Origin: Vicugna vicugna
Taxonomy: Eukaryota
Direction: 5' to 3'
DNA length: 64,000 bases
Assembly: GCA_013265495.1 (NCBI GenBank)
Contig: MU058009.1
Location: forward strand, 3,615,780-3,679,779
How positions within the stretch are numbered: position 1 is the first letter of the stretch; each line of letters begins with the position of its first letter. The position numbers and the translations under genes were made by a program. Of this stretch, positions 22,327 to 35,141 are shown one piece after another. The notes under the pieces were generated by a model. That model made no database searches, was not told where the DNA came from, and saw nothing but the letters and a program-made list of their open reading frames with translations.

Positions 22327-25300
22327 AGTAGAAGCCACAGAAATGTTTGTTGAATGAATGAATCCTTCTCTCCAGCATTTAGGAATGCAGAGGAGATGGG
22401 GCGGCACGGTGGGGGCCCCTCTGGAGTCCAGAAACTCCCTTGGGTGGGTTACGCCCATTTCTTGTGGGCTCTGTATGTAGAAGTCAGTCTGTATCAGTCA
22501 TTTAAACAAACTGTTGAAACCTGTTCTGGATATTATACACTGAACACAACAGAACCCATTTCTTCTATTTGCAGAATAAGGGGGGAAGGGTGTGCACGGC
22601 AGAGAAAATAAGTAACTTATTGACAATTTATTGTACGCATTTACTGAACGTGAACTGTATGCCTCGCCTCCAGTGGGTCAGTGAGAGACGCGCACCTGGC
22701 CAAGGCTTGGATTTTCAGCCTGGTTAGGGGAGCTGGGCAAGCAGCGCTTTGTCGATGAGTGTTTTCCCTAGATGTTCTAAGGACGACCTTACTTGGTTCA
22801 GATAATTAGAGGAGAAGGCAGCGTGCCATCAGGTGCTAATTATGCGGCGCAGAAATAATATGAAAGGAGTCAGTGGAGGGAGAGATCACTGTGGGCTGAC
22901 GTCTCAGAGAAGGCTCAGCAGAGGAGGGAGACTGCAGGCGCGGGCCAGGAGGACGGGCCCACGCAGGACTGGGTGTGGGCAGAGGGAAGCCAAGCCCGGC
23001 CAGAGGACTCGCGTGTGAAGGTTCAGACGTGGGCACGTGCGTCTGGACGTTGGTGAAAAGACAGGTCTGACTGGGACAGGCGGTATTTGGGGGAAGGAAC
23101 GTGAAATCCATGTGCTCGGGGCGGGTGGGCCAGATGAGGAAGGACTCAGGCACCGGCGGGAGAGGTGAGCCTGAAGCTGGGGATGGGTGGGGGGTACCCC
23201 TGTGTCATCATTCTGGGACCTGGGGACCCTGCGGTCACGGCATGCTAGAAGCTGGTTCTGCCCGGCAGGACGGGGAGCGGCACAGAGGCCATGGGGGCCC
23301 TGCAGGGTGCAAGAGTATGACCTCACCAGGCTCCGCTTGTGGTGCTGGAGGGAGGGACCCGGAGCCTGGGGGTCTCCAGGACAACCGCCCACGAGGCCTA
23401 AGCCACCACTGTGCTGGGTTTCACTGCGGTTCCGTTTCCTGAGCCCCTAACATCCTTCTGGGATGTTAATTTGGGGCTCCTAGATTTGGACCTGGGTAGA
23501 GCCTCCTTTGTAAGGGAGTGGGTACCATGTTGGGCTGGAAGCTCTTTCATCACTGCAAACACCTTCTGAACATTTGGAGTTTCCTGAGCTTACTGGGCCG
23601 AGAGATGGCAGCGGCCTGGACTCCCCCACCCCCTACTGCTTTCCTGCCCAGGCGTAGGGCAGCCTCCCTGCTGCAAGCCCCACCGTCCCCCAGAGGTCCC
23701 CGGCCCGCTGGCGGTCTCGGGGGGAGGCCTTCCTGAAGGCCTCCTCCTTTCTGAGATGGAAGACTCGGGGAGAGACTTTCCTCCTCCTGGGCTCAGACCC
23801 TTGGCAGAGGGGCCCTTATTTCCAGGGGCGTGCTGGGTTTCAGCGGGCCGGCAGGACGCTTCCTGAGCCAGGTGACCTATGCTCTCATTTGTAAGAAGGG
23901 GTGAACAGGGCCCGTTACTCAGTCTTGTAGAGCCGAGTGATGAACGTGAACGTGTCTGCTGCGTAGCAGCTGCTGCGTGGGGAAGGCTGTTACTAACGCA
24001 GACATCCCCTTTCACCCTGTGCAGCCCTGAGGGGCCTCTTGGCTTTCCCAAGATGCCGGGCAGTCACGGCCCTGGGTGTGAGCCCAGCGACTCTGAGGTT
24101 CTGAGAGGTGCCCCTCCTCCTTCGTCAGCTCGAACGGGGCTCAGAGACGGGCTGAGCAGGTCCTATAATGCCTTTGTGTGGGCTTTTATCACTCGGAGGC
24201 CTGGGACTGCTTCCTTCTGCAGTGACCCCCCAGGAGAAATCACACCAGCACCCGCTCCATGGTCAGCTCCCTCTGGGGACCGTGCAGTTGCCAGTGTCCT
24301 GAGTGATGAAGCCAGGACTCCAGTTTCCTTTTGCTCTGGGGCCGGCTCTCCCAGGGCTAGATTTCCACATCTCAGAGGAGCTGTCTGTCCTAAAAGCAAA
24401 CCTATCCATCTCTGAGCTTCCTTTCATGCCTACAACCTCCTCTCAGGACTGCTGGCCAAGGACAGAAACCCAGGACTTCTTTCATTCTTGGCAGAGGGGT
24501 CTCCTGGGGATGCGGGGGTGGGGGGCATGTGGAAAGCAGACCTAGTTTGGGAAAGTAGAAAGTAGGAGACGGGAGAAGGCCTTCTGTAGACGGCCGACCC
24601 CTGCAGCTCCCCGCACGCGCCTTCAAAGAGTGGAGCCCGCCTGCGATTATAACTAATGATGGCGAGTGATGGGAAGTGCTCGGTGGAGAGGGCTGGAGGG
24701 ATGGGCACTCATGGGAGTCAGCAATTCCACCACAAATAGAGGGAGGCGTTTTCTGCATGAAGGGCAGAAACTGCTTCTTTGGTGGTGGAGAGACACGGAG
24801 AGGCAAGCACAAGGAAAAGAGTGGCTTTATTCAAAAAACAAGACGGGCAAACGAAAGGAAAAGCTCTCCTCTAGGAATTCTCAAGCCCGTAGAAGACCCA
24901 CTTTCGGCGCACGGCTGGGTTGTGTGTTGGCACAGAGCACACGCTCCAAGGTGAAATGACGTGGCTGACGTGTCATAACCCTGGCCACCAAGTCCGCATT
25001 GAAAGCACAAGCTACTCGCCACCTGTGATGTCTGCTGGCCTTGGCTCCAAATACCTGCCCGATGAGGACAGCGTGATTCCCACAGCCATCCGTGCACTCC
25101 CCTAACGCCCTACTCTTCTCTGCATCCAGACTGCCGTCCAGGACGCATCGCTGCTCCTGCCTCCTGTCCCAGTCGGCGCCGGGGCTGGGGATTCTGTGTG
25201 CAGAGGTAGGGGAGGCAGAGAGGCAGAGAGGCAGAGGCAGAGCGTGATATCCATCCAGGGAAGCCCACGGTTTGCAGGTGCTGTAACTTCTAGGAAGTGT

Positions 25301-27102
25301 CTCAGTGGGCAGTGTGGGTACGCAGGTGGTGGGGGAAGGGGTGGCAAGCCAGGAAGACTGGCCTGAGACCTAGAAATTAATGGCATCTGCAGCCAGCTTC
25401 CACCTCTTGATTTGATAATAAGCTGGGGCCACAGAGAAAAGAAAAATCACCTGTATACGGATCCTGTCTTTGGCAGAGTTTAAATAATTTTAAATGAAAC
25501 TGTCAGCCTTAAGCTCTGAAATATGCCTCCAGCAAAAGATAAACACAGAAGAGAGAAGACGGGGGGCGGAGGGGCACACATCACAATCTTTAGTATTTTT
25601 AATCGGCCTGTCTTCCCCAAACAGGGAACGTTGTAGCAGATACCGGTGCAGACTATACATTTTCCGATTTTTTGTGTGTGTGCTATTCAGCGTAAGCGTG
25701 ATAGTTCCATTTCAGAGGCTCAGCAAGACTTGAAAGCTCTGCTCAGCAGCCGCTGGGCCAATGAAGGCATCAGGTGCTGTCAGTGGGTGGCTCCGCCTGG
25801 ACCCGACGCCCGGAGAGAAAGGTGGCAGCTGAAGCCAGCCCCGTGGGAGGCCTGGTCTCAGCCTGGGGCAGGCGGCGCTGTCGGGGAGCAGCCCTGCGGA
25901 TGGCCTGCAGGCCCCCAGGTGTTTCTGTTCTCAGGTTGCAGTAGGAGTTCCCACCATCAGACTCACCTCCCCATTAGACCTCCGTCTTTGAGCTGACGCC
26001 TTACTGAGAGCCTTACCACGAAGCAGTAGACCACGGGTCTGGGCAGGGTCTGTAATTTGGGAGGAAACATTGGCCCCGAGGTGGCGGGGAAGTCGGCTGA
26101 GAACAACAGAGGCAGGGTCTCAGAAAGCTTGGGGAGGGGAGCTTAGCAGGGGTGCTCGGAGTCAGACAGAACTCACTTAAGTCCAGGTTTCAATGGAGGC
26201 CTGAGCCCAGGGCTGGGAGAGGAGCAGGAAGGGGGGACTGGGCTTAATAGACGCAGCTATGGAGCACAGCAGCTCCATGCTGGTGGCTGTGCCTGGTCGC
26301 TGAGCAGGGCCCCAGGCACTCCCCAGCCTGCACGTCCTCTCTGCGTTGAAGCTGGGCTGCAGCTTCCCTCCCTCCTGGTCCTGGTCCTCATGGGGCGTAG
26401 CTCCCAAGGTGGACAGCCAGCGCAGCTCCTTGCCTGGGGGTGGGGGGATGGGGTGCAGCGTGTGAAGTCAGAGGTCAAGTTCAGCTCCAAGGGAAAGGAG
26501 ACTGAGAAAGGAAGGCGGGGCTCAAAAGCAAACCTCAGTGTCACACATCTTGTTAACTGGGAACCAGAGACCGTCTGGGACTCAGGGGAAGATCGTGTAG
26601 GAGGTAAGCCAGCCGCACCAGTGCCGCTGGGCCAGCGGGGGGCGGGGAGGACCGGGAACAGTGCCGGGGTTGCCCCCACCCTGCAGGAGCCTCCCAGGAG
26701 GAAGAAGGAAAGAGTGTTCCGACACCCCTGGGAGCCCCTGCCGACCAGAGTCCCAGCCGTCCCTCCCGGGTCATCGTAAAAGCACCTGCTCCCGGAGTTG
26801 GTCCCCCCTTTCTTCCCGCTCATCCTCACCTACTCCCTCGGACTAATGCACTTCCTCCTTCCACACACTATTGAGTCTTTACGTTACTTCCTGTTTGCAC
26901 TGGTTTACCTGTTGATGGCATGAGCAAGTCCAGGACAGGGCTGTGCCCTCTGCATCGCCCGCCTTCTGCCTCACCTCTAGGAGCCGGCACGTTACCTGAG
27001 AAGCCACCCCGTGAAGTGTTGGCTGAATTGAATTTTGAGAATTGTTACCCACTTCTGGCCATCCTCCCCGGGGCTGTCCTGAGGGGGTTGTCAAATCCTG
27101 GA

Positions 27103-27255
27103 ACCACGATTCTCAAACTTCTTTTTCCCCCTAGTCCCCTGGAAGGCTTGTTAGAACACAGTCACCGGGCCCCACCCCTGAGTTTCTGGGTCAGTAGGTT
27201 GGAGAGACCCAGGAATTTGCATTTTTAACAAGCCCCCGCTAATACTGAGGCTTCT
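27103..27255. mobile_element. MER5A hAT MITE
   Basis: attctcaaactt...cctggaaggcttgttagaacacag...gggccccacccctgagtttctgggtcagtagg...ccaggaatttgcatttttaacaagc. Confidence 0.8.
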
Positions 27256-27814
27256 AGTGCAGAAAACAGAAACAGAAACAACCAGAACACCACACATGGG
27301 CTGCCCCAGAGCTGAAACGTGATTTCTTCCAAGCATGTCCTCTGCTCAGCTTCCCTGGAGAAGGTGGCGCTGGCTCTCTCTGTGCAGAACGGCCTCTGGC
27401 TGGCTGCATGGGGGAGGGCCGACGCAGGTAAATGCCAGTGTGACGCCGTGTGTCAGCCTCCTGCACCGAGCGGGGCAGACACCTGCACGGTCACTGAGGA
27501 CAAGGCAGACGGCTGCGCTCCAGACCTACTGAGGTCCAGGGGCTCACTCGTGGGGCTGCCAGACAGACAGGTGCAGCCTCCTGCACCTCCTCTACAGTTT
27601 CATCACCCAGGTCCTGAAATGGCATGGTGGCTCCTGAAAATAAGTTTGAAGCTATCGTGTGGATTTGTTCATGTGCACGTCACCAAAGGCCTGAGTCCTA
27701 TGTCCGTCCATATGAGTACTGAGGACAGGAAATGAGCCGTATTTATTCTGAACATTCAGAACTTTAGCTGTTACCTGGTGCCTGCTTTTAAGAAGAGAGA
27801 TTATGGAAAAAGTA

Positions 27815-28000
27815 CGACTGAGATGACTGTGAGCCCTTAGAAAGGGAAATGGGACTCAGCAGAGGAGCATCGGTTCGCCACCACAAAGCCCCGGCCGCCC
27901 GGTCTCATTTCCTTTTTACAGCAAGTTACTTGGGAGATTCAGTAGGCATCACTTTTTCAATCGAAGCATGGCGTTTCCCAGGGGTCCTCACGATGTTCCC
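27815..28000 (+). mobile_element. L3/CR1 LINE reverse-transcriptase fossil
   Basis: Translates as EHRFATTKPRPPGLISFLQQVT, resembling the CR1/L3 RT motif QHGFTKNKSCQTNLISFFDRVT; preceded by tgtgagcccttagaaaggg. Confidence 0.6.
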
Positions 28001-29589
28001 GGGTGGCTGATGGGTGGGTTTGTTCTCCACAGTGTTCAGAGGAACAGATCAGTGTCAGCCTAGGGGAAGGCCTTTGTCTTTGACCCTGTCCCGTTGAACG
28101 TTTTCATCAGCATCAGATGAAGCAGCAGCAGGCCCACAAATCACTCTTCCACCTAATTCAAAGCCAGTGTGGATCGTTAGCAGTCAGCATGACAGGACTG
28201 CATTTCAGAGATCTTGACAAGCTCAGGAAGCGGGCCAGGTTTTTGGGGGGCAAAAAAAAGAGAAAAGAAAGGAACACTTATCTCAAAGCAGTCATAAGAA
28301 GGAAGGCTTAGCTGCAGAACTTAAAAAAAAAATGTTTGGGAATTTTAGTTGCTAGAAAGCATAGCCTGGCATTCGTGCAATGTAATTTCCCCCGAAGTCG
28401 ATATACGGGGCTGTGTTAATGGAGCGGTGGCGCCCGGGACAACCTGCCCTGGCAGCAGGATGAGCAGTCAGGGAGCCGCCGGCACACAGGCAGGTCCAGG
28501 TGGCCGAGGTGGTGAGGAGACTGGATGGTGTGTCTCAGGCTTCCTAGGCTGAGTGACAGGAGGCACCGGGGAGCTTAGCTTTTGGCCTAGAGAGCCAAGG
28601 CTGCAGGGAGACACGGGGACTGTCTTCAAATACTTTGAAATGTCCCATGTGAATCTCACTTGTTTTGAGTGCCCCACCCCCACCCTGCCAAACCAATGCA
28701 AGCTCGACGGAGGAAGTAATCGGGTAACAGATTTGGGGTTTAATGTGAAGATGAACATTCCAGCATCCAGAATTGTCTGTAGGTGAGGTCATGGTAACAA
28801 TGGTGATACTGATGGTGAAGGGAGCAAAAACTCTGTGGAAAAACTCGTAAAGCACCTCCTGCTCCCAGCATGGGGCTTGATTGCACTAGACCTCCAGGGT
28901 GGCGGGCTTGCCATCACCGGGGAAATGCAGCCGCCGGCTGAGCAAGGATGCTGCCGAGGAGATTTGAGTGTCAGGAGGTTGAATAAGGTGATCTTACGTT
29001 CTAGAAGAACTGGAAATATGGGGCTTTTTTTTTGTTTGTTTGTTTTTAAATCTTGTGCGCAGAGAGAGTTGTCAGTGCGAAATATTTTTATTCATCAAGT
29101 GTTTTATGTTGTTTCCTCTGGTTGTTTCCAAGTATGAAGGAAATTGTGAAGATGGGGGCGTTGGTTGCAAAATATCTCCCCTTGTCACACACCTGAGGCA
29201 GGGATTGCCTGTGAGCCAGGATCTGTGGCAGGTCTGCAGGTGATCACTCTGTGTTTTACTGCTTACAGACAATCAGTGTGTTGGTTGCTCATAGCCAACC
29301 CTGTATCAACACGACCTGGGCTGGCCAGTGCATTCCAACCCCACCTCCCTTCTGCCATAGAGCGGAGTGTCTCCCGCTCAGTCGGCAGGTTGGGCACTGC
29401 ATAGACGTACACGGCTTAGGAAAGTGTTTCACGTATCTTTGCAATTTCAGTGTCAGTAGAGTGCCCAGTGCCTAAAGTATTCAACAATGTGGGGTTGGTT
29501 AAAAGAAGATTAGAAACGAACTAAAAAAAAGAATCTCTGTAGAACTGACCTTAAGAGAGGTGAGAAGTCAAATACAAGGAAAGTCAAGT

Positions 29590-30095
29590 TAGACGTGCCC
29601 CCACCTGCCCCCCAGCAAGCCCAGGGTCACACACAGACCTGCGAGTGGACATCTGTAGCAGCGTTTTAATCATTTCCCCAAACTGGCAACAGCCCAAATA
29701 TCTTCCAGCTGGTGAGCAGATAGAAACTGAGGCACACCCACACCATGGAGTACTACTCAGCAATGAAAAAGGAAGGGGCTTTGGCTACACAGACCACCAT
29801 GGCCGAACCTCAGATGCATTATGCAGAACCAGTGAGGCCAGATTCAGGAAGCTAAAGGCTGTGTGATTCCAGTCACATAACATTCCTGACAGGGCAGGAT
29901 GCAGTGACGGAAAACGGACCGGGGCTGGGATTCGGGGAGGAACTGACCACAAAGGAGCACGAGGGAGCTTTGCAGGTGGTGGAAACATCCCCTGTCTTGA
30001 TTATAGTGGTGGTTACATGACTGTCTGTCTGCCAAAACGTGTAGAGCTCTAAGAATGGAGAACTTTACTGCATGTAAATTATGCTTCGCTTTAAA
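29590..30095 (+). mobile_element. Ancient L1M (L1MC/MD/ME-type) 3' end
   Basis: gcagcgttttaatcatttccccaaactggcaacagcccaaatatc...atggagtactactcagcaatgaaaaagg...gtggtggaaacatcccctgtcttgattatagtggtggttacatgactg...tttactgcatgtaaattatgc. Confidence 0.85.
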
Positions 30096-33000
30096 CAGAC
30101 AACAAATGGAGGCTGGTGAGGACTGGAGAGGGGATAAATGTTGGGCTTCCAGCTGGTGAATGAGGTTCAGCCCAGAGGAGGGCTGGAAGGTTGCTGTCTG
30201 AATGCTGCATTTCTTCTCCCCAAGTTCTCTTCTCTGGGGGGTGCGGTTGCTGCCTTTCTTCCTGCCTTGAAGTGAACGCCAAGCAGGTCCCTTCCCGCCC
30301 CAGTCCCAGCCATGGACAGCTCTCCCAGGGCCCTGCCAGCGGCACCACCCTCTCCTGAGGGCCTGCAGCCTGGGACCGGAAGCTCCCTGCCTCCCTGCGG
30401 CATGCTGGGGATATTGAAGGTTAGCCCTGAACTACAAAGGGCCGCTGGTCTCCTCCCGAGGAAAAGGCACTGCAAAGAAGGGGCTGTCATGATTCCAAAA
30501 GTTCCAATACAATTTCTCCGTGTCCTGTCCAAATACAGGAGCGAAACTGCCAACCCAGGCCTTTTGAGAACGGTGCTCCAGGTCCAGGTTTGCCTGAAGG
30601 TCTGTGACGTCACCTCTCCAGCTTCAACTTTACCATCTGGAAAAAGACGGTGGAATTTTCACAAGGCATGTGAGGGCAGCGCCTCAGATCAGCATCCAGC
30701 CTAGTGTCCTCCCGTCTCTCGGTGAAGAGCAGCCGGAGGCGCGATCCAAGCACAAGCCCTGTCCCTGACCTACACCTCCTCCTGGGCCCCTCTGAGTGCT
30801 GCCGCCTGGCACACACCCCAGCACCCCCAGCGGGGCAGACGCTGCTCCGGGGAAGTCTGCGGGGAGCACGTGCATCGCCGGAGGTCGTCAGCCATGCCGG
30901 GCGGCACAGGGATGGCCTGGCTCAGCCCCCCTCAGCATGTGACCTTGGGCAAAAAGCTTAGCCTCAGTTTTCACCGCTGAGAGTTGTAGATAATCACATG
31001 AACCCTGTCAAGCGGTTGCTGAGGACCAGACATGGAGGATTAGTGTGTTACCAGGCATAGAATCTCTGGTAACTGACAGCTGCTAATGTGTCTGTATCAT
31101 TACTTTGTTATTATTAACATCAAAGGTATTATAGTCAGTATCTAAAAAACAGCCCAACACACCAGTGTGCCGTCTGTCACCCCCCTTCAGCTACTCTGAC
31201 CCTTACAAACATCCTCCTCTCTGATGCTTTCTTCATTGGTAGAACTCTGTAAAATCCACGCTGGGGATCTCAGCCTGATTCCCAGCCTCAGCCCCAAACC
31301 GACTTGGAATCGGGATCCTGGGGGCCCTGGAGCTGTGGTGACCTGGTGGTGTCTCCAGGAGAACCAAGCTGGGAGGAGAGGATGGACCCGGGAGGCCGTG
31401 GCCATGGCAGCTTCTGGCTTCCAGAGATGGATTTATCACCAGGTTTCCGGCGAAGGCGTGAGAAGCGGCGCGGTGATAACACAGCACGAGCCGTAATTAA
31501 AGTAACGGTCCTTGTGTTTTAAATGCTGTTTATGTGGTGCTTGACTTTCTAGGCAGTTTCCTGTCTCCCACTTTAGAACAGAGTGTTCCCTCCCTCTAGA
31601 GACTTTGGGGAGAGCATCGCTGAGCACCAGGAAGACACTGGGACCGGGGAACAGGAAGGACAGCAGTTGGTCCCTGATTAAAGCCAGTCCTTACCACCCC
31701 AGCACCACGTAGGCACCCCCTGAGCACAGGGACTCGTGAACATACCCAGAACCCGGAAACTTTGGGGGCACCAAAGAACCATTGATGTCAAGGGGACTAC
31801 CGTCTCTTCCAGGGTCTTCAGCGTCACAAGGTCAGGACTGAATCCGCTCTTGCTGGCAGCCACCTCCTAGCTGAGCAGCGTGTTTCACAGGGAAGAGAGA
31901 AACACAGGGGACTTTGCTGAGTCTCTCACACCAACCCGTTCTCTGGGTCCTCGTCTCCCTTGCTGGCCTCCCTCCCCCTTTCTGTCTTCTTTTCCTCACT
32001 GTCCCCTCCCCTACAGACTCAGACACCATGACACCCTAAACAGGCACACAAATCAGAGATGTGTTTTGACAGAATCCCGGGAACCAGCCGTGCTCGCTGT
32101 GGGGCCAAGATGCTCTTCTGCTGGCTAAGAAGCACGTTCTGTCCAAGACTCTGGCAGTATTTCATCCATCAGTGTCTGATGAGGGCGACCTGGGGTCAGC
32201 GGGAACCACATGTCATGCTTTAAAAGCTGGTCAAATAATTTGGCTGCCTTTCCTAAAAATCCCAAGCCGCTGAACACATCACGCTGGCTGATACCTTCCT
32301 GGGCAAGGCCTCCAATGATCACTTTTACCCATTGTTCCTACAACCTTGATCGAAAGATGAGTGGCATAAACAGAGGGGAACTGACACGTGGATACACCTG
32401 TATTCCGTGCTAGGTCTGCCCAGTTCCCACTGGCCCCCAGTGGTGGACGAATCCCAAGAACGGATGACCCCAGACGACTTGTCTTTGGCCTTGGTGTACA
32501 GTGGGCAGTTCATGCCTGGGGTGTCACCTCCCTAATGGGGCGTTGCTGGGCTGATAAATGAGTTTGTGTTCCTTGAGTGCGTCCCAGCTGGACAGCGAGG
32601 CCGCGCTGCTCAGGGATGAACTGCCAACAGGCGGCCCTGGTCCCCTCTTGGTTGGCTGTGCCCACACAGGGTCCGCTTCAGCCGCAGCCTGTGCTTCCTG
32701 GAGACCGGAGAGGAGCTGCAGGCAGTGCATCAGACTGAAATCTGAGAGGGCACCAGCGGGCTGTGACCCAGGAGTAAGAGACCCGCAGGGGCAGGAAGCT
32801 GTGACAGGGCGACGGAGTCGGCAGAGAGCCGTGCCTGCAGTCCCGCTCACGTTGCTGGCTTACAGCTGCTGGCTCTAGACTCAATCAAGAGTCTTGTCAT
32901 GAGGGGGACCAGCTGTCCCCAGGTCCTGTGGCCTGAGCCCCTGGGCCCTGTGTGTTTATCGAGGTTTCTTGGGTGATCTCTCAGAGCAGAGCACGGACTC

Positions 33001-33954
33001 TGATGGAAAGTCAGTATGGTATTGGATTCCACAGCCAACCCTGCCTTTCCTTTCTCAGAATTCCAAACCAGGCTACCGTCGGCACAGACAGACAGGCCAG
33101 GCACTCGCATCCAAATGCACCAGAGCAACTCACAAAGCCTGTTTCTGCAGGTCTGTGTGAGGAATGGCACCTAGGCGGGTGGAAAAGGTCTGTGTGATCC
33201 GCTGGCCATTCCTGGAGCCACAGAGCCCTTGCCTGTCTTCCAAAGCCCCAGAAGGATGGCCGGGTGGTTACTAATAACCAACAGATGTCTGATGAGCACC
33301 GGGCCTGTGAGCTACCCTACAGGTGGGAGCTGTCACCCGGCAGGGCTCCCGGGCAGAGCAGGACGCGAGTCTGTCGGGTTCCTGCGCCCAAAGCCATCAC
33401 CTTGGGCACACTCAGCAGAGAGACAGTCATAGGGGAACAGGTGCGGGATCTCCTCCCCCGGATACCACTGATGTTCCAGATGCCTGATGGCCGAGGACTC
33501 TGCCCACGGAAGGAGCCCAGGGGAGAAAGCATGGGAAAGAGGAGGGGAGGGAGAAGACGGAAAAGGGGACATGAATGAGAGAACTGGTTTATTGTCCCAA
33601 CTGGTGACACAGCCGTGATTCATTACGTAGTCCCTAAGGGCTGGGCCTCGTGCAGACTGTATTTTCTTTAATTCTCTTCGCGATCTTTTTACTCCAGGTG
33701 CCAGGATTGTCTCTCACTTTATAGCAGGGGAAACGTACATGCTGCAAGTTTAAGCAATTGCCCTAGGACATATAAAAATAGACCCTGCGGCTGGCCTAAG
33801 GCTGGAGAAATCCTGAAGGTTTGGGGAAAGTGGCCGCTGAGTCCCAGACTGAGTTCTTGGGACCTCGCAGTGTCCCGGACCCGTGGGGTCCTGTGCTGGG
33901 CCCTTCCTCAGGCCCTGCGGGGTGAGAACCTCTCCCCTCCCCTCCCTTCCTCTT

Positions 33955-33991
33955 CTCTTCTCTCTCTGTCTCTCTCTCTGTCTCTCTCTCT
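33955..33991 (+). repeat. (TC)n-type microsatellite
   Basis: tctctctgtctctctctctgtctctctctctc. Confidence 0.9.
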
Positions 33992-34909
33992 CGGATGTCA
34001 TGCAGCACAATTAGTTAATGCTTATAATGTGCTCTCAACAAGGAAAGTGCCACTTAAATTCACAGCATTTCTACCCTCTCAGTGATCCCTCTACAGATTC
34101 CGTCCTTCCCGTGGAGATTAGGCGGTTGACTGCATCGTGGCTCCAAATCACCACAGTTGCTGGTAGAGCAATAGAATCAAGTATGAAACTAATCTGTGTG
34201 GGAAGGAGACAGCTTTTTTTGAAGGCAAACTCACAAAGCAGTGATTTCTTCTTTCCTTTAAAATGGCCTCCTTCGTACTGGGGGTCCGTAGGCTTGTTCC
34301 TCCTGGGCGCGTTGCTCTCACAACGTCGGGGAGAGGCGCGCACACGCGCGCACACACACACACACCCCCCATACGTAACTCTCAGCCCAGCACGCAGGGT
34401 TCCCGCCTACAGCGACTCTGAAAAATTGCTTTAGCAGGTTGTGAGGGATGAACGAGGAACTTTGAAAGAATATCGATAATCGGTAAAGGAAGGACAGGGA
34501 AGGGAGAGGGCAAAGGGGGCCCCACGAGGAGGTAAGAAGAAGGAAGGGCACAGGGAGAGGGTGGAGGACAGGAGGGGAGGTGAGCTGTAGTCAGAGGAGC
34601 AGTGCCCTTGGCAGCCCCACCCCCCCGGGTCCTGTCAGCAGCTCCGCCCCAGGGCAGGAGCCATCGGGAGGGAGCCCGGCCCCACCAGGGGCACTCTGCG
34701 CCATGTCAGCCCAGCAGCGCCGCCCGAAGTCGTGGCTTTTATGCAGCCAAGGAGTCCCGCAGCCCTGGGAGCTCCAGTGCAGACCAGATCCGAGCTGGCT
34801 GTTAGGAAAGTCTCCCCTAGGTGTTTTTGCCTCGTTTCTTCGAGGTGGATGCCTGACAGCAGGTCTGTTTACTGTCATAAACCTGAGACACCCAGGAATT
34901 GGACTAAGT

Positions 34910-35141
34910 CAGTGTTATTCAAACGGCAGGCTGCAACCCATTAGAGGCTATTAAATATTTCAGTGGTTCCCACCTGTGATTTTTAAAAAAATGAAATAGA
35001 ATAAAATTATCAAAGTACATGACATAAGATAAGGCTATTCTATGAACATTTTATTTCAGTGGGGGGTGTGTGCGTGCAGAGTTGTGATATAAGATGCATT
35101 TGATAGTATTTCAGGTCCTAGTCAAAATGTTGAAAGCCCTG
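34910..35141. mobile_element. hAT-Charlie MITE (MER112/MER113-like)
   Basis: Termini cagtgttattcaaac and ttgaaagccctg; internal gcaacccattag, ttaaaaaaatgaaatagaataaaattatcaaagtacat. Exact family uncertain. Confidence 0.6.

Noticed and set aside
34682..34696. CTCF-like CCACCAGGGGCAC and similar partial matches near 5795, 20428 and 62380
   Set aside because: Each departs from the CCASYAGRKGGCRS core, and such matches are common in GC-rich DNA.
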